Shown piece after piece: positions 35,992 to 45,792 of a DNA stretch of 55,330 bases (position 1 is the first letter of the stretch; each line of letters begins with the position of its first letter). This stretch comes from Candidatus Levyibacteriota bacterium (GTDB lineage Bacteria > Patescibacteriota > Microgenomatia > Levybacterales > UBA12049), in NCBI GenBank assembly GCA_041906785.1, contig JAYRIM010000012.1, forward strand, positions 1-55,330, written 5' to 3'. A program made the position numbers and the translations under genes. A model generated the notes under the pieces. That model was not told the origin of the DNA and did not search any database. It saw nothing but the letters and a program-made list of their open reading frames with translations.

Positions 35992-38634
35992 TTATTTCTT
36001 AACTATAGTCGCTTCTATTTCTCTATCTTCTGACAGATCTGTCAAATAAGTCATTGTTTTACCTGAAACCTTTACCTTCTTGTCCTTACTAATAATTTGA
36101 TAATCTGTCGGCACTATCAAGGAAAAAGCGTATGGATCAGCTTGTGTTCCTGGTTGTTTAAATAGAGACAGGGAGTATATACCCGATGCTTGACCAGTAC
36201 CTACTGTAATAGGCACAACATACTGTACCTTTATCGTTTTTTTTGAGGACATTGGAATAGATACGAAAAAGCCATAGACCTTCTTCCCTTCTTGCTCAGT
36301 TGCTTCTACTTCGAGATGATTCAGCGGAATAGATGAGGGGAAAAGCGTAGCGTCTGTAATCGCTGGCTCTATTTCTTGAGATGCTCCATCAAAGTCGATA
36401 CTTTTCAGCTCTGCTCCACCAGGCAGAATAACTCGAAGATAGTTCTTATACTCCCCTCCAAAGGCGTCTCCTTCTTTACTGTTATTATGGTATTGCACCA
36501 TCACGGTCTCTTTCGCCATACCACTGTTATCTAGCACTACAGAGTGAGTAATCGCTCTATCTATATAATAATTTACTTTATTGGCGCCTATATTTGCTTC
36601 ATTTATTCCTAGAAAGTCATTCATCTGTGAATCATTCGTGTCTCGATTATCAGCAAGTGTTGAGGAAAATCCATTTAAAGTAAAAACCTTTTGGAGCCCT
36701 TCATCTGGAAAAGCAAATACTATATGTTTTTGAGAAACGCTTTTCGCAATAGCATTTACAACCTGCATATAGTTTGACTTTTCCGAATCGGTCAGCAGCA
36801 ACGATAAGCTTGTATAGACTGCTCTCAGGAAATCTTTTTTTTGAGTAGATCCTGGGAAAAAGTCGTCCTGGACGTACTTTTGGGTAAGTAGAAAAAAATT
36901 ATCTGCACTAACTGTTTCGTTATATTCTGGAATTGCAAGCGGTCCAATCTCTTGAAGAATATTTTTTATAAAATCTGTATCAACTGCGATGACTCCATCA
37001 ACTTTCTCTCCTGTTTCTAGTTTATAGAAATTTGCTACAGATGCTGCGCTTTTAGGAAAATCCACATCAAAATTACTGTCCCTCATAAACCAATTTTCAG
37101 CATCCATATACCGCTGTAACTGAAAGGGTGGCTCAATATGTTTCTTTAATTGACCGTCAGCATCATAAATGTCTTGTATTGTAAAATTGCTTATTTTACC
37201 TTTCTCTAACTCAAGCAAACCATACGATCCAATGAACCCACCACCAGGACGCAATTCCATATTGTTCTGGAAAAGCATCAAGTACGTACGCGTCCCTTCC
37301 ATACCCAAAACCACAGGCAATACGTCAATAGTACCAGCAAACACAGTGTAGACTTTTTGCAGTGAATCTATTTTCTCTCTATACTGCTGTGGGATTTTAT
37401 TTTCTACTCGCAACGCTGCCAACTGAGCTAGAGATGACTGAACATATCGTGTCCCTAACGAGAAATCTCTCGCTGGATCTTCTGATTGTTGGATAAAAAC
37501 CTTTTCTAAGTAGGTTAACCCTTCAATTCCAGAAAGAAAAATGTCGGCAATCTCTGTTCCTGTTGATATTCCTTCTTCTATCTCTGCTGCGCCTTTTCTT
37601 AAGCCAACAAATTGTAAGAGAGCAATACTCCCCTGCGTTTTCTGTGCATATTGAAAAAATTGCTTTGCGCTTGTCGCAGAGAGACGGGCTTTTTTTAAAT
37701 TTCCTTCTTTTATTTGTAGATATGCTCGCTTTAAATACTCTCCACCAATTACTGAAGAGGTCACTGGTAGTCCAAACCCAAACACCAGGCCAAAAATTAC
37801 AATTATCAACGCAACTTTAGTATAGGGAGATGCCTTTTTTCTTCGTTCTATTACTTGTGTGCTTTTCGGATTATATGTATAGCCAGGAATAATAGAAACT
37901 TCTGGAAGCTTCTCCTGAAAGGTATATGCAGCATCAAAAGATGGATTTTGCATATACTCATCAGTTTTATTATGGGCTGCATTGCCAGGTAATAATTTGA
38001 GCTCTAACAACGGCTCTTTCTTATGCAAATAACGCGCGAGAGTTAACATAGTAACCGGATGCGATGGCATTAATCTTATAACTCGGTGATGTATTCTTTT
38101 CTCTCCACTTATTATCTGCACTAGATATGAAATCGCTGCTTCATCTTCTATAGGAAAAACGTGTAATAAACCATTTTCAGGCAATGTCACTCTCCCACTC
38201 TTACTTTCTTCAAGCAGCATGGAGACGTCGCTTTCCCATCGACTCATCTCCCCAAATAAGTCGCCTAAGATAATTACATTTATCGATGGGGAAAGACTCG
38301 TTAAGTGCTCTATTGTTTTTTTATTTGCATGTTTATGCGAGATGATGATCATTATCTTTGCATTGTCTGCTTCTGCTTTCTGAATAAAAAAGGGTAATAG
38401 ATGAGAGAATTGAGGATCTCGGGAATATACTAACAGCATCACGGAATAAACACAGTTCGGAAGAATTGGAATTTTTTTTGTGAGCTGGACATGATACATG
38501 TTTTTAGCATGCCTTATCGTCTTTGAAGTTAAAAATACTGAGAAGAAAGATTCGGGTAGTTTTTTTAGTATTGCATCTGCAAGTTGATTAGACTGGTCAA
38601 AAATAAGAATTGTTTTTTTTTCTTGAGATTCCAT
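35992..38634 (-). CDS. DUF4012-domain envelope protein with an N-terminal cytoplasmic Rossmann-like domain
   Basis: One central TM helix (ALIIVIFGLVFGFGLPV) and 'YLMLFQNNMELRPGGGFIGSYG', the hallmark DUF4012 motif as I recall it. Confidence 0.6.
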   Translation of the reverse strand: MESQEKKTILIFDQSNQLADAILKKLPESFFSVFLTSKTIRHAKNMYHVQLTKKIPILPNCVYSVMLLVYSRDPQFSHLLPFFIQKAEADNAKIMIIISHKHANKKTIEHLTSLSPSINVIILGDLFGEMSRWESDVSMLLEESKSGRVTLPENGLLHVFPIEDEAAISYLVQIISGEKRIHHRVIRLMPSHPVTMLTLARYLHKKEPLLELKLLPGNAAHNKTDEYMQNPSFDAAYTFQEKLPEVSIIPGYTYNPKSTQVIERRKKASPYTKVALIIVIFGLVFGFGLPVTSSVIGGEYLKRAYLQIKEGNLKKARLSATSAKQFFQYAQKTQGSIALLQFVGLRKGAAEIEEGISTGTEIADIFLSGIEGLTYLEKVFIQQSEDPARDFSLGTRYVQSSLAQLAALRVENKIPQQYREKIDSLQKVYTVFAGTIDVLPVVLGMEGTRTYLMLFQNNMELRPGGGFIGSYGLLELEKGKISNFTIQDIYDADGQLKKHIEPPFQLQRYMDAENWFMRDSNFDVDFPKSAASVANFYKLETGEKVDGVIAVDTDFIKNILQEIGPLAIPEYNETVSADNFFLLTQKYVQDDFFPGSTQKKDFLRAVYTSLSLLLTDSEKSNYMQVVNAIAKSVSQKHIVFAFPDEGLQKVFTLNGFSSTLADNRDTNDSQMNDFLGINEANIGANKVNYYIDRAITHSVVLDNSGMAKETVMVQYHNNSKEGDAFGGEYKNYLRVILPGGAELKSIDFDGASQEIEPAITDATLFPSSIPLNHLEVEATEQEGKKVYGFFVSIPMSSKKTIKVQYVVPITVGTGQASGIYSLSLFKQPGTQADPYAFSLIVPTDYQIISKDKKVKVSGKTMTYLTDLSEDREIEATIVKK

Positions 38635-38861
38635 AGGCAGAGGTTTTACATGTACAGCATACCATATTTAGCCTATTTGGAAAACCAACAGGAGAAATTT
38701 TTTAGAAAATATTTTTAACCCTATAATTTCAAAAAACGAGTCCTTTCGTATTTATTCCACGAAAAGTCTTTGATGGTGATTTTTGATTGTTAACTCAATA
38801 AAAATGTAACAAGAGGATGTTTATACCTATTATCTCTAACTAAAATAGACAAATCTCTATT

Positions 38862-40244
38862 TTAGATTGCTGTGACAATCTTTTTTCGATTATTTTTTTC
38901 TTCTCGGTAATCGAAAGTTTCTTTTTTTAAAGTATATCCTATAACCAGTACTACAAGTAATTGTCCTTGATGAAGAGTTAAAAAGTAATGATCAAATAAT
39001 CCGATTATTGCTATAACTGCTATTAAAGACATCAGAAGAAATTTGTTTTTATCTTTATTTATACTTATTAATAATCTATCTAGAAAAAAGCAGATAAATA
39101 GAAACCCTATTATTCCGATCTCTGCTATTACTAAAAAATAAATGTTGTGAACTGGTTGAATTAGTATCGGCTGGCCTAGTTTTATTTGATAATTAGGTAG
39201 GGAAGAAAGGAAGTTATTTAACCCCACACCAAATAATGGTTTCTCTTCTATCATTGCAATTGCAACATATAGTAATGAGATCCGCTCTGTAAATGCCTCA
39301 TTTTCTGTTCCGAACGATGCATTACGTAACAATATGTTTTTTGTTAAAAACACTATACACAATAAAACTACCAGCGTCATTAATCCCACACTAATGAGCA
39401 ACTTCTTTTTTGTTCTTTGTCTTAATAAGGTAAAATTCTTCAGGGTTATTACTGCATACAGTACGCCTATCACAACGGCTGCCAGAAATGCACTTCTGCT
39501 CATGGATAAAAAAAATGCAGGTATGCTAATAAGAATTGCGAGAAAAAAGAGTGTTTTTCTACTTTTTTTATAAAAAGAAAGCAAGAAAAATAAACATATC
39601 AGTAAAAAACCTCCTAAAACATTAGGGTGGGGGAGTGTGCCATACGGACGAAGGATAAGCGAACCGTCGATAGAGGCATTTGCTATTCCGGGCGTAGAAG
39701 CTGTAAACATTCGCTCACCCAAAAAATAAAAGATACCATTTAACGAACCTTGATTGATGAATTGTGCAATAGCTAAAAAAGACTGCAAGATAACGCTCAG
39801 CGAAAGTGCCTTTTGAAAAACATCCTTATATCTTGATAGAGCAAAAGTTAAATAATAAGTAAACAGAACATATTCTACAATTCGAGATGCACCAAGTAAT
39901 CCTGCTAAAGGATTCTCTGAAGACAGTATACCTATAAAGATGCTAGTTAAAAGAGCATTAAACATATAGAAAGAAACAGGTCGTTGTATTAAAATCTTTC
40001 TAATAGACTGGTTAAAGTTTTGTAATCGCTTTAATATAAATACCAAAAAGAGAACTGATATCAATAAATCAGTTGCATATATTATAGGAGATAAATAATC
40101 TATTCGCATCCCCGCCACAATAGAAAAATCTGGCCAGAAATGTTTTCCAAGTTGCGTCGGTAACAAAAAAATTGTCAGGAAAAAAAGGGGTTTTTCGATT
40201 CTTATTAGGGAGGATTGTAAAAGAAAACGTTGTTTCGTAAGCAA
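38862..40244 (-). CDS. O-antigen ligase / Wzy_C family polytopic membrane protein
   Basis: At least 10 TM helices and 'QPVHNIYFLVIAEIGIIGFL' (the HNxYLxxLxExG-type motif). The ORF start at 40358 would overlap jag by 108 nt. The TTG at 40244 is suggested instead, and this start is uncertain. Confidence 0.65.
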   Translation of the reverse strand: MLTKQRFLLQSSLIRIEKPLFFLTIFLLPTQLGKHFWPDFSIVAGMRIDYLSPIIYATDLLISVLFLVFILKRLQNFNQSIRKILIQRPVSFYMFNALLTSIFIGILSSENPLAGLLGASRIVEYVLFTYYLTFALSRYKDVFQKALSLSVILQSFLAIAQFINQGSLNGIFYFLGERMFTASTPGIANASIDGSLILRPYGTLPHPNVLGGFLLICLFFLLSFYKKSRKTLFFLAILISIPAFFLSMSRSAFLAAVVIGVLYAVITLKNFTLLRQRTKKKLLISVGLMTLVVLLCIVFLTKNILLRNASFGTENEAFTERISLLYVAIAMIEEKPLFGVGLNNFLSSLPNYQIKLGQPILIQPVHNIYFLVIAEIGIIGFLFICFFLDRLLISINKDKNKFLLMSLIAVIAIIGLFDHYFLTLHQGQLLVVLVIGYTLKKETFDYREEKNNRKKIVTAI

Positions 40245-40249
40245 TGACG

Positions 40250-40723
40250 TTATATGCGAGGCTTGATTACTAATACTCTCTCTCGTCCCTCGCCGCGAGA
40301 TTCTGTTTCTACTTGAGGGTCGTCTTGTAGAAGGAGATGGATAACTCTCCTTTCCCATGATTTAAGAGAGGTAAACACTCGTTCTCTCTGCTCCTGGAGT
40401 ACTGAATCTTTCATCTGTTGTGCAAGCTGTTCAAGATAAGCCGTTCTTTGTTTTCGATAATCTCCAACATCAATCATTACACGGATAAACCGCCCAATTT
40501 TCTTGCTAACAGCCAGGGAGAGCAGCAGCTGTAAACTTTCGAGTGTTTCACCATGATAGCCTATTAAGATACCACTTTCTTGTGTATCTAACGTTACATC
40601 TAATGATTCTTCAATAACTGCCACTGATGGAACAACGTCTGTACCTAATACCTGGAAAAATTCTTTTACAATTTCTTCTGCAAGTTTCTTTTCTTCAGCT
40701 GTTATTTTTATCTCTTCTGCCAT
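40250..40723 (-). CDS. jag: Jag/KhpB-type RNA-binding protein (KH + R3H)
   Basis: KH-like 'GILIGYHGETLESLQLLLSL' and R3H-like 'SWERRVIHLLLQDDPQVETESRGEGRERVLVIKP'. Its position downstream of yidC is conserved. Confidence 0.8.
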   Translation of the reverse strand: MAEEIKITAEEKKLAEEIVKEFFQVLGTDVVPSVAVIEESLDVTLDTQESGILIGYHGETLESLQLLLSLAVSKKIGRFIRVMIDVGDYRKQRTAYLEQLAQQMKDSVLQEQRERVFTSLKSWERRVIHLLLQDDPQVETESRGEGRERVLVIKPRI

Positions 40724-40726
40724 TTT

Positions 40727-41557
40727 TTATCCTTTCTTGATCTTTTTCTGCTTTTTGCTTGTTTCTGTGCCATTCTGCGAAGCGATGCTTGTTTTCCTCG
40801 CCTCCGAACGGTTCATAATTGATTGTTGTATGATACCAAAAATTGTAAAAGTATTCCAGTATAAAGCGAGTCCAATTGGGAATGAGTATGCAAAAAAGCC
40901 AATCATAACAGGAAAAAGGTAGAGAGATTGAGTTTGCATCGCCGAAGCGAAATCATTTTCTGTGGACTTTTTTTCTTTTTCTACGGTCGTTGTGGGTTTA
41001 AACATTAACCGAGACTGAATATACTGAAGTCCTCCTGTAATAAATGGGACTACAAGAATTGCCGCCCCTGCCGTTTGCATAAGTTGAGAAGGAGACTGCC
41101 CGAGAGGTAATCCGAAAAAGCTTGTGTCCCACAGTTTATTTAATTTTAGAAAGTCGAAATACAATCCCTTGTTAATAGCTTGAAAAGATGTTTGTCGAAC
41201 AGTCTCATTTAAAACCCCATATAAACCCCAAATAACAGGCAACTGTAAAAGAACCGGTAAACACCCCGCTAGTGGATTTACTCCGTGTTCTTTATAGAGT
41301 TGCATAGTCTCCATCTGTAAACGCTGTGCATCTTTTTTGTGCTTTTCTCGAAGCCGATTAATATGTGGCTGGATTTGCTGCATCTTTTTCGAGGTTCGTG
41401 TTTGTGATGCTATAAGCGGATACAGAAGAAGACGAATGAGAATTGTTAAGACAATAATTGAAAACCCGAGCGCAAAAGGCAGACCAACTCCATGCAGGAT
41501 CTGATAAATTCCAACAAGAACGTTTGCTAAGGGTTGTGTGATGAATGTATAGAACAT
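40727..41557 (-). CDS. yidC: Membrane protein insertase YidC (short form)
   Basis: 'IIVLTILIRLLLYPL', 'KMQQIQPHINRLREKHKKD', 'YKEHGVNPLAGCLPVLLQLPV' and a basic C-terminal tail. Confidence 0.9.
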   Translation of the reverse strand: MFYTFITQPLANVLVGIYQILHGVGLPFALGFSIIVLTILIRLLLYPLIASQTRTSKKMQQIQPHINRLREKHKKDAQRLQMETMQLYKEHGVNPLAGCLPVLLQLPVIWGLYGVLNETVRQTSFQAINKGLYFDFLKLNKLWDTSFFGLPLGQSPSQLMQTAGAAILVVPFITGGLQYIQSRLMFKPTTTVEKEKKSTENDFASAMQTQSLYLFPVMIGFFAYSFPIGLALYWNTFTIFGIIQQSIMNRSEARKTSIASQNGTETSKKQKKIKKG

Positions 41558-41572
41558 AATGATTCTCGCAAC

Positions 41573-41791
41573 TTATATCTTTTTTCTATGAAACCAAGGC
41601 TGGCAGGAAAGAAGGCGTTTTATAGTTAATATACTTCCTTTTATTACGCCATACCGACCAACCACAATTTTAGCATATTCAGAGCATGAAGGCGAATAGC
41701 GACAAATGTTTTGCATTCCAATAATTTGCCTAAGGATTGGAGAAATTGTTACCTGATAGAGAGTAATAATGAAAAGGAGGATTTTTTTCAT
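41573..41791 (-). CDS. yidD: Membrane protein insertion efficiency factor YidD
   Basis: 'YQVTISPIL' and 'CRYSPSCSEYA' match the canonical YidD motif. Confidence 0.85.
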   Translation of the reverse strand: MKKILLFIITLYQVTISPILRQIIGMQNICRYSPSCSEYAKIVVGRYGVIKGSILTIKRLLSCQPWFHRKKI

Positions 41792-42117
41792 ACAATAAGT
41801 TTTGCTTTTTTTAAGGCATCGGCAACACTTCTCTTAAGTTCTTCTGACGAGGTTTTACTTATATCTCGCTTGATAATGAATAGAATATCTTTCCCTTTAT
41901 GCATTGTTTCTCTCTTCTCTTCTATAATTGCGCGAACTTTTCTTTTCGTTGCATTTCGTCTGACTGCTGTCTTACTCGTTCTTTTGGAGACAACAAATCC
42001 CAACCTCGTATAAGAAAGACCGTTATCTTTAGCTTTAATCGTTAATAGATCTGTGGAAAACATTTGGGCATTGGTAAATAAAATTGCCGCTGGTAGACGA
42101 TAAATGCGCGGAATCAT
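41788..42117 (-). CDS. rnpA: Ribonuclease P protein component
   Basis: A small basic protein with 'LGFVVSKRTSKTAVRRNATKRKVRAII', sited between rpmH and yidD. Confidence 0.85.
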   Translation of the reverse strand: MIPRIYRLPAAILFTNAQMFSTDLLTIKAKDNGLSYTRLGFVVSKRTSKTAVRRNATKRKVRAIIEEKRETMHKGKDILFIIKRDISKTSSEELKRSVADALKKAKLIV

Positions 42118-42127
42118 GGAGTAAGTA

Positions 42128-42262
42128 TTAAACGGTAATCTTTCTTCTACCCGTTTTCTGCCGCCTGCTAATTACTTTTCTTCCTGTATGCGAAGACATT
42201 CTCGATAGAAACCCATGTTTTCTTTTTCTTCTAGTTTTTTTAAGTGTAACAAATTTTTCCAT
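42128..42262 (-). CDS. rpmH: 50S ribosomal protein L34 (44 aa; too short for the supplied ORF track)
   Basis: Manual translation of the minus strand gives MEKFVTLKKTRRKRKHGFLSRMSSHTGRKVISRRQKTGRRKITV*. This has the canonical L34 'KRKHGF..RM.T..GR.V...RR.KGR' pattern and the expected position. Confidence 0.9.
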   Translation of the reverse strand: MEKFVTLKKTRRKRKHGFLSRMSSHTGRKVISRRQKTGRRKITV

Positions 42263-42329
42263 ACGCATAGTATAGCAAAGGGAAGGGGAGTACCACAAGT
42301 GCTTCTGCTATTGTTTGTCGAATTCCTTC

Positions 42330-42359
42330 TTGACAAAAAGTTATCCACATTAGTACACT
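42330..42359 (+). promoter_or_regulatory. Candidate dnaA promoter with an embedded consensus DnaA box
   Basis: TTGACA (42330-42335), an 18-nt spacer containing TTATCCACA (42341-42349), then TACACT (42354-42359). It lies 35 nt upstream of the dnaA ATG. Confidence 0.45.
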
Positions 42360-42393
42360 GCTTTGTACTGCCCTAATATGCAATCTGTAGACT

Positions 42394-43740
42394 ATGGAAC
42401 GCGACCCTGAAAAGATCTGGCAACATGTCCTTCAAGAAATAGAAAAAGAGGTATCTCGGGCAAATTTTTTAACCCTCTTTAAACAAACCCTTCTTGTTTC
42501 TTTCGATGATGAAATTGCAACGATAGCAGCGCCTTCGCCAATGATCATTGACATGCTGCAGAAACGTTTCTCTGAAAAAATAAAGTCTCACATCGATGGA
42601 ATAGCTGGTACTAATTCCTCACTCCTCTTTATTGTTAAATCCTTCCAGACCGCTGGGAATGAGGAAGAGCATGCGCCATTATTTGTACAGGCACCAGTAG
42701 AAACCCCATTAAAAATTGGCCATTTGCCAAGGGTTCGTCCGGATTTTACTTTCCAAAATTTTGCTGTTTCCTCTAGTAACCAATTGGCTTTTGTGTCTTC
42801 ATCGACTGTCGCAAGTAATCCAGGCACATCATATAATCCGTTTTTTATTTATGGGCCTGTTGGCGTGGGGAAAACACATCTTATGCATGCAATAGCAAAT
42901 CAAGTCTATCAAAAACAACCGGACGGTAAGATTATTTACATCACAAGCGAGGAATTTACAAACGAGGTAGTTGAGGCAATCCGGGCAAATGAAACAGGAA
43001 AGATGAAAAAGCGCTTCCGCTCTGCAATTCTTCTACTTATAGATGATATTCAGTTTATTGAAGGTAAAGAAAGAGTACAGGAAGAACTCTTCCATACCTT
43101 TAATATTCTTATCGATCAGGGCTCACAAATTGTTCTCTCTTCAGATCGACCTCCAGAAGAAATCAAAAGACTCGAGAAGCGGTTGTCGTCTCGATTTGCA
43201 GGCGGATTGACAGTAGATATAGGAACTCCAGACTTCGAACTAAAAACAGCGATACTGCTTATAAAAGCAAGTAAATATAATATTGAGCTACCAATTGAAG
43301 TTGCAAAATACTTAGCAGAACAGGCTTCGGATGCAAGAAGCCTTGAAGGGCTATTGCTCCGGTTGCTCACGATGGCTACTACACAAAATGTGCCAATAAG
43401 TCTTTCCTTAGCTTCTCATGCTCTTGGCAAAGAAATAAATGAGTCAAAACCACATCTCCATGCAGAAGATGTGATTAAAGTTGTTTGTTCGTTTTATAAC
43501 ATAAAGCCAACACAGCTTCGTGGACCAAAAAGAGATGCTTCTTTAGTTCGCGCAAGACAAGTAACAATGTATTTATTAAAGAACAAACTTTCTATGACAC
43601 TCGTAGAAATAGGCAATCTATTAGGCGGCAGAGATCATACAACCATTATGCATGGTGTGGAAAAGATGGAACTTCTTGTGGATAACAAAGCTACTGTTTA
43701 TGAGGATATCAAGAGGATTTCTCAACAGTTAATTGTGTAA
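42394..43740 (+). CDS. dnaA: Chromosomal replication initiator protein DnaA
   Basis: 'YNPFFIYGPVGVGKTHLMHAI', 'LLLIDDIQF', 'SSDRPP', 'LSSRFAGGL', 'RSLEG' and domain IV 'RARQVTMYLLK......IGNLLGGRDHTTIMHG'. Confidence 0.97.
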   Translation: MERDPEKIWQHVLQEIEKEVSRANFLTLFKQTLLVSFDDEIATIAAPSPMIIDMLQKRFSEKIKSHIDGIAGTNSSLLFIVKSFQTAGNEEEHAPLFVQAPVETPLKIGHLPRVRPDFTFQNFAVSSSNQLAFVSSSTVASNPGTSYNPFFIYGPVGVGKTHLMHAIANQVYQKQPDGKIIYITSEEFTNEVVEAIRANETGKMKKRFRSAILLLIDDIQFIEGKERVQEELFHTFNILIDQGSQIVLSSDRPPEEIKRLEKRLSSRFAGGLTVDIGTPDFELKTAILLIKASKYNIELPIEVAKYLAEQASDARSLEGLLLRLLTMATTQNVPISLSLASHALGKEINESKPHLHAEDVIKVVCSFYNIKPTQLRGPKRDASLVRARQVTMYLLKNKLSMTLVEIGNLLGGRDHTTIMHGVEKMELLVDNKATVYEDIKRISQQLIV

Positions 43741-43766
43741 AACTTGTTAATAAAAAAACACAGAAG

Positions 43767-43911
43767 AAATCCACAATATATCCACATTTTTATCAACACA
43801 TAATCCACATGTGTTTACGCATATAAAAATTTTTCTTATAATCATTTAGTTTTTAATAGAGGAGCATGTTTTAGAAAGTTACAGGATACTCTCGTGTTGA
43901 TTTTTTCCACA
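43767..43911. promoter_or_regulatory. oriC-like DnaA-box cluster in the dnaA-dnaN spacer
   Basis: All boxes share one orientation: aaatccaca (43767-75), atatccaca (43778-86), ttatcaaca (43790-98), taatccaca (43801-09) and ttttccaca (43903-11). An AT-rich tract at about 43821-43860 lies between them. Confidence 0.7.
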
Positions 43912-43948
43912 TTTCCATATACACTACTACAACAACAAAATAGAATAT

Positions 43949-45073
43949 ATGAAGATCCAGGTAAACACAGAAATCTTACAAAAAAAATTATCTTTTATTA
44001 ATCATTCCCTTTCCTCAAAATCCCAATTACCAGTACTTCAAAATTTCTTACTAGAAACACGTGACAATACTATAGTTCTTAGTGGTACAGATCTAGAAAT
44101 AGGTATTGAAACAATCTGTAAAGCAACAGTTGTAGAACCAGGAGCAGTCACAATACCGATAAAAACATTTACAGAACTTATTAACTCATTGCCAGTAGAA
44201 ACAGTAACAATAGAAACCGTAGAAAATACAGTACGGGTAACATCAAAAAAAACGAAAAGTGTTTTTCAAACTATACCAAAAGAAGAATTCCCTAAGCTTT
44301 ATGAGGAAAAAGGTTCACAGATAGCCTCTCTTTCAGCAGAACAAATGAGGAAAGATATAATATCAATTGTATTTGCCGCGAGTATTGATACAACTAAGCC
44401 TGCATTATCTGGAATATTGTTGAAACAAGAGAAAGAAGGCTTTCTTTTTGTGGCAACAGACGGTTATAGATTATCTCTTAAACGACATCAAGCTTTAAAA
44501 TCAGAAGAAATAGTAGACGCAAACCAAGATATAGCTATGATTATTCCCGCTCGAATATTTCGAGAATTGTCTGCTGTAAAAGAGGAAAGCGACTATATAG
44601 TAATGTATATCTCAAAAACAAGTAATCAAGTTCTTTTTGAAATGGGAGAGACACTCATTGTAGGTCGTTTAATAGAGGCAACATATCCTAACTACGAAAA
44701 GATTATTCCAGGAGACTTTTCTGCTCAAACTGTTTTTGACAGAGAGGAACTACAGAAAGCCGTGAAGATTTGTTCGATTTTCGCACGAGATAATGCAAAC
44801 ATTATTACCTTATCTCTAAAAAAAGATAGTATTATTGTGTCTTCAAAAACAGCATCTGCAGGAGAGAACACAGTGACAGTAGAAGCCTCTCTTACAGGAG
44901 AAGAGAATGAGATAGCATTTAACGCTAAGTATCTTCTAGACGTACTAGGAAACGTTACAGCAGCAGATAGATTGGAGTTTGCAATGACAGGGCCGTTAAA
45001 CCCAGGAGTATTTAAAATTGATGAAGATGAATCGTATCTTCATCTTATAATGCCCATACGCTTACAAAGCTAG
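43949..45073 (+). CDS. dnaN: DNA polymerase III beta sliding clamp
   Basis: 374 aa immediately after dnaA, with 'ATDGYRLS', 'YPNYEKIIP' and the three-domain length. Confidence 0.95.
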   Translation: MKIQVNTEILQKKLSFINHSLSSKSQLPVLQNFLLETRDNTIVLSGTDLEIGIETICKATVVEPGAVTIPIKTFTELINSLPVETVTIETVENTVRVTSKKTKSVFQTIPKEEFPKLYEEKGSQIASLSAEQMRKDIISIVFAASIDTTKPALSGILLKQEKEGFLFVATDGYRLSLKRHQALKSEEIVDANQDIAMIIPARIFRELSAVKEESDYIVMYISKTSNQVLFEMGETLIVGRLIEATYPNYEKIIPGDFSAQTVFDREELQKAVKICSIFARDNANIITLSLKKDSIIVSSKTASAGENTVTVEASLTGEENEIAFNAKYLLDVLGNVTAADRLEFAMTGPLNPGVFKIDEDESYLHLIMPIRLQS

Positions 45074-45787
45074 CTATTTATTATCGACAATATATCTGAA
45101 AGTGTGAGTTGAAGGATCAACGCCTTTACTTTTAACCCAATCATTTACTTCTTGCTTTATTTTCTCTACATCTCTACCGTAAACTGTAACCTCGAACGTT
45201 AGTCGATCATAATATTCAATCTTAAATGTACCAGTAGAGTAGGGAGTGTCATAAATGAGTGGATAGTATGTATTAAACAGCTTTTCAGTTTCTTCTCTGG
45301 CAGCTCCTGTGGAATTTTCAGGCGTTTGTGAAGATGTAGTAAATTTCCAATTATATATTGCGTTTCCATCGGCATCATTAAGCGCAAGGGAATATTCAGT
45401 ATTTAATGCTAACCCCCCGTACACCTGAACGACAAGCGTTTTTGAAGGAAAGGAATTACTAAATTCCCAGTGATCAGGTAACGATGGCGTAATTGATAAA
45501 CTAAAGCTTTTTGGTGAGATAACGTATTCGTCTGTGGTAATGGTGATTTTAATTTCCCCTGGATATACGTTGTTTTCTAAGTTTGCAGGCGTTGTCTTTA
45601 AGACGCGGAACTTTTTTTGGGTCGCTGGAATGATAACTGTTGGAGTAGTTGTGTTCATAGTATTGTTTCCGTTATTTTTTAAGGTTCTAGAAAAGAGAAA
45701 CATTATAAAAATGATAAAAATTAAAAGAACAGAAACACTGAAGAAAAGTATTTTATACCGTTTTAATAATGAATAGCTATTTTCCAT
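45074..45787 (-). CDS. Membrane-anchored extracytoplasmic protein (Ig-like domain plus a C-terminal domain shared with 46530-47078); last gene of the T4SS-like operon
   Basis: N-terminal TM helix (ILFFSVSVLLIFIIFIMFLF), 'VLKTTPANLENNVYPGEIKITI' (SbsA/Big_5-like) and the C-terminal 'TFKIEYYDRLTFEVTVYGRDVEKIKQEVNDWVKSKG'. Confidence 0.45.
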   Translation of the reverse strand: MENSYSLLKRYKILFFSVSVLLIFIIFIMFLFSRTLKNNGNNTMNTTTPTVIIPATQKKFRVLKTTPANLENNVYPGEIKITITTDEYVISPKSFSLSITPSLPDHWEFSNSFPSKTLVVQVYGGLALNTEYSLALNDADGNAIYNWKFTTSSQTPENSTGAAREETEKLFNTYYPLIYDTPYSTGTFKIEYYDRLTFEVTVYGRDVEKIKQEVNDWVKSKGVDPSTHTFRYIVDNK

Positions 45788-45792
45788 AAGTA

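Noticed and set aside
38840-38865. The hairpin ctaaaataga-caaatc-tctattttag at the 3' end of the O-antigen-ligase gene as an intrinsic terminator
   Set aside because: The stem is entirely A/T-rich, it overlaps the stop codon, and on the transcribed strand no U-tract follows. The evidence is too weak to call.
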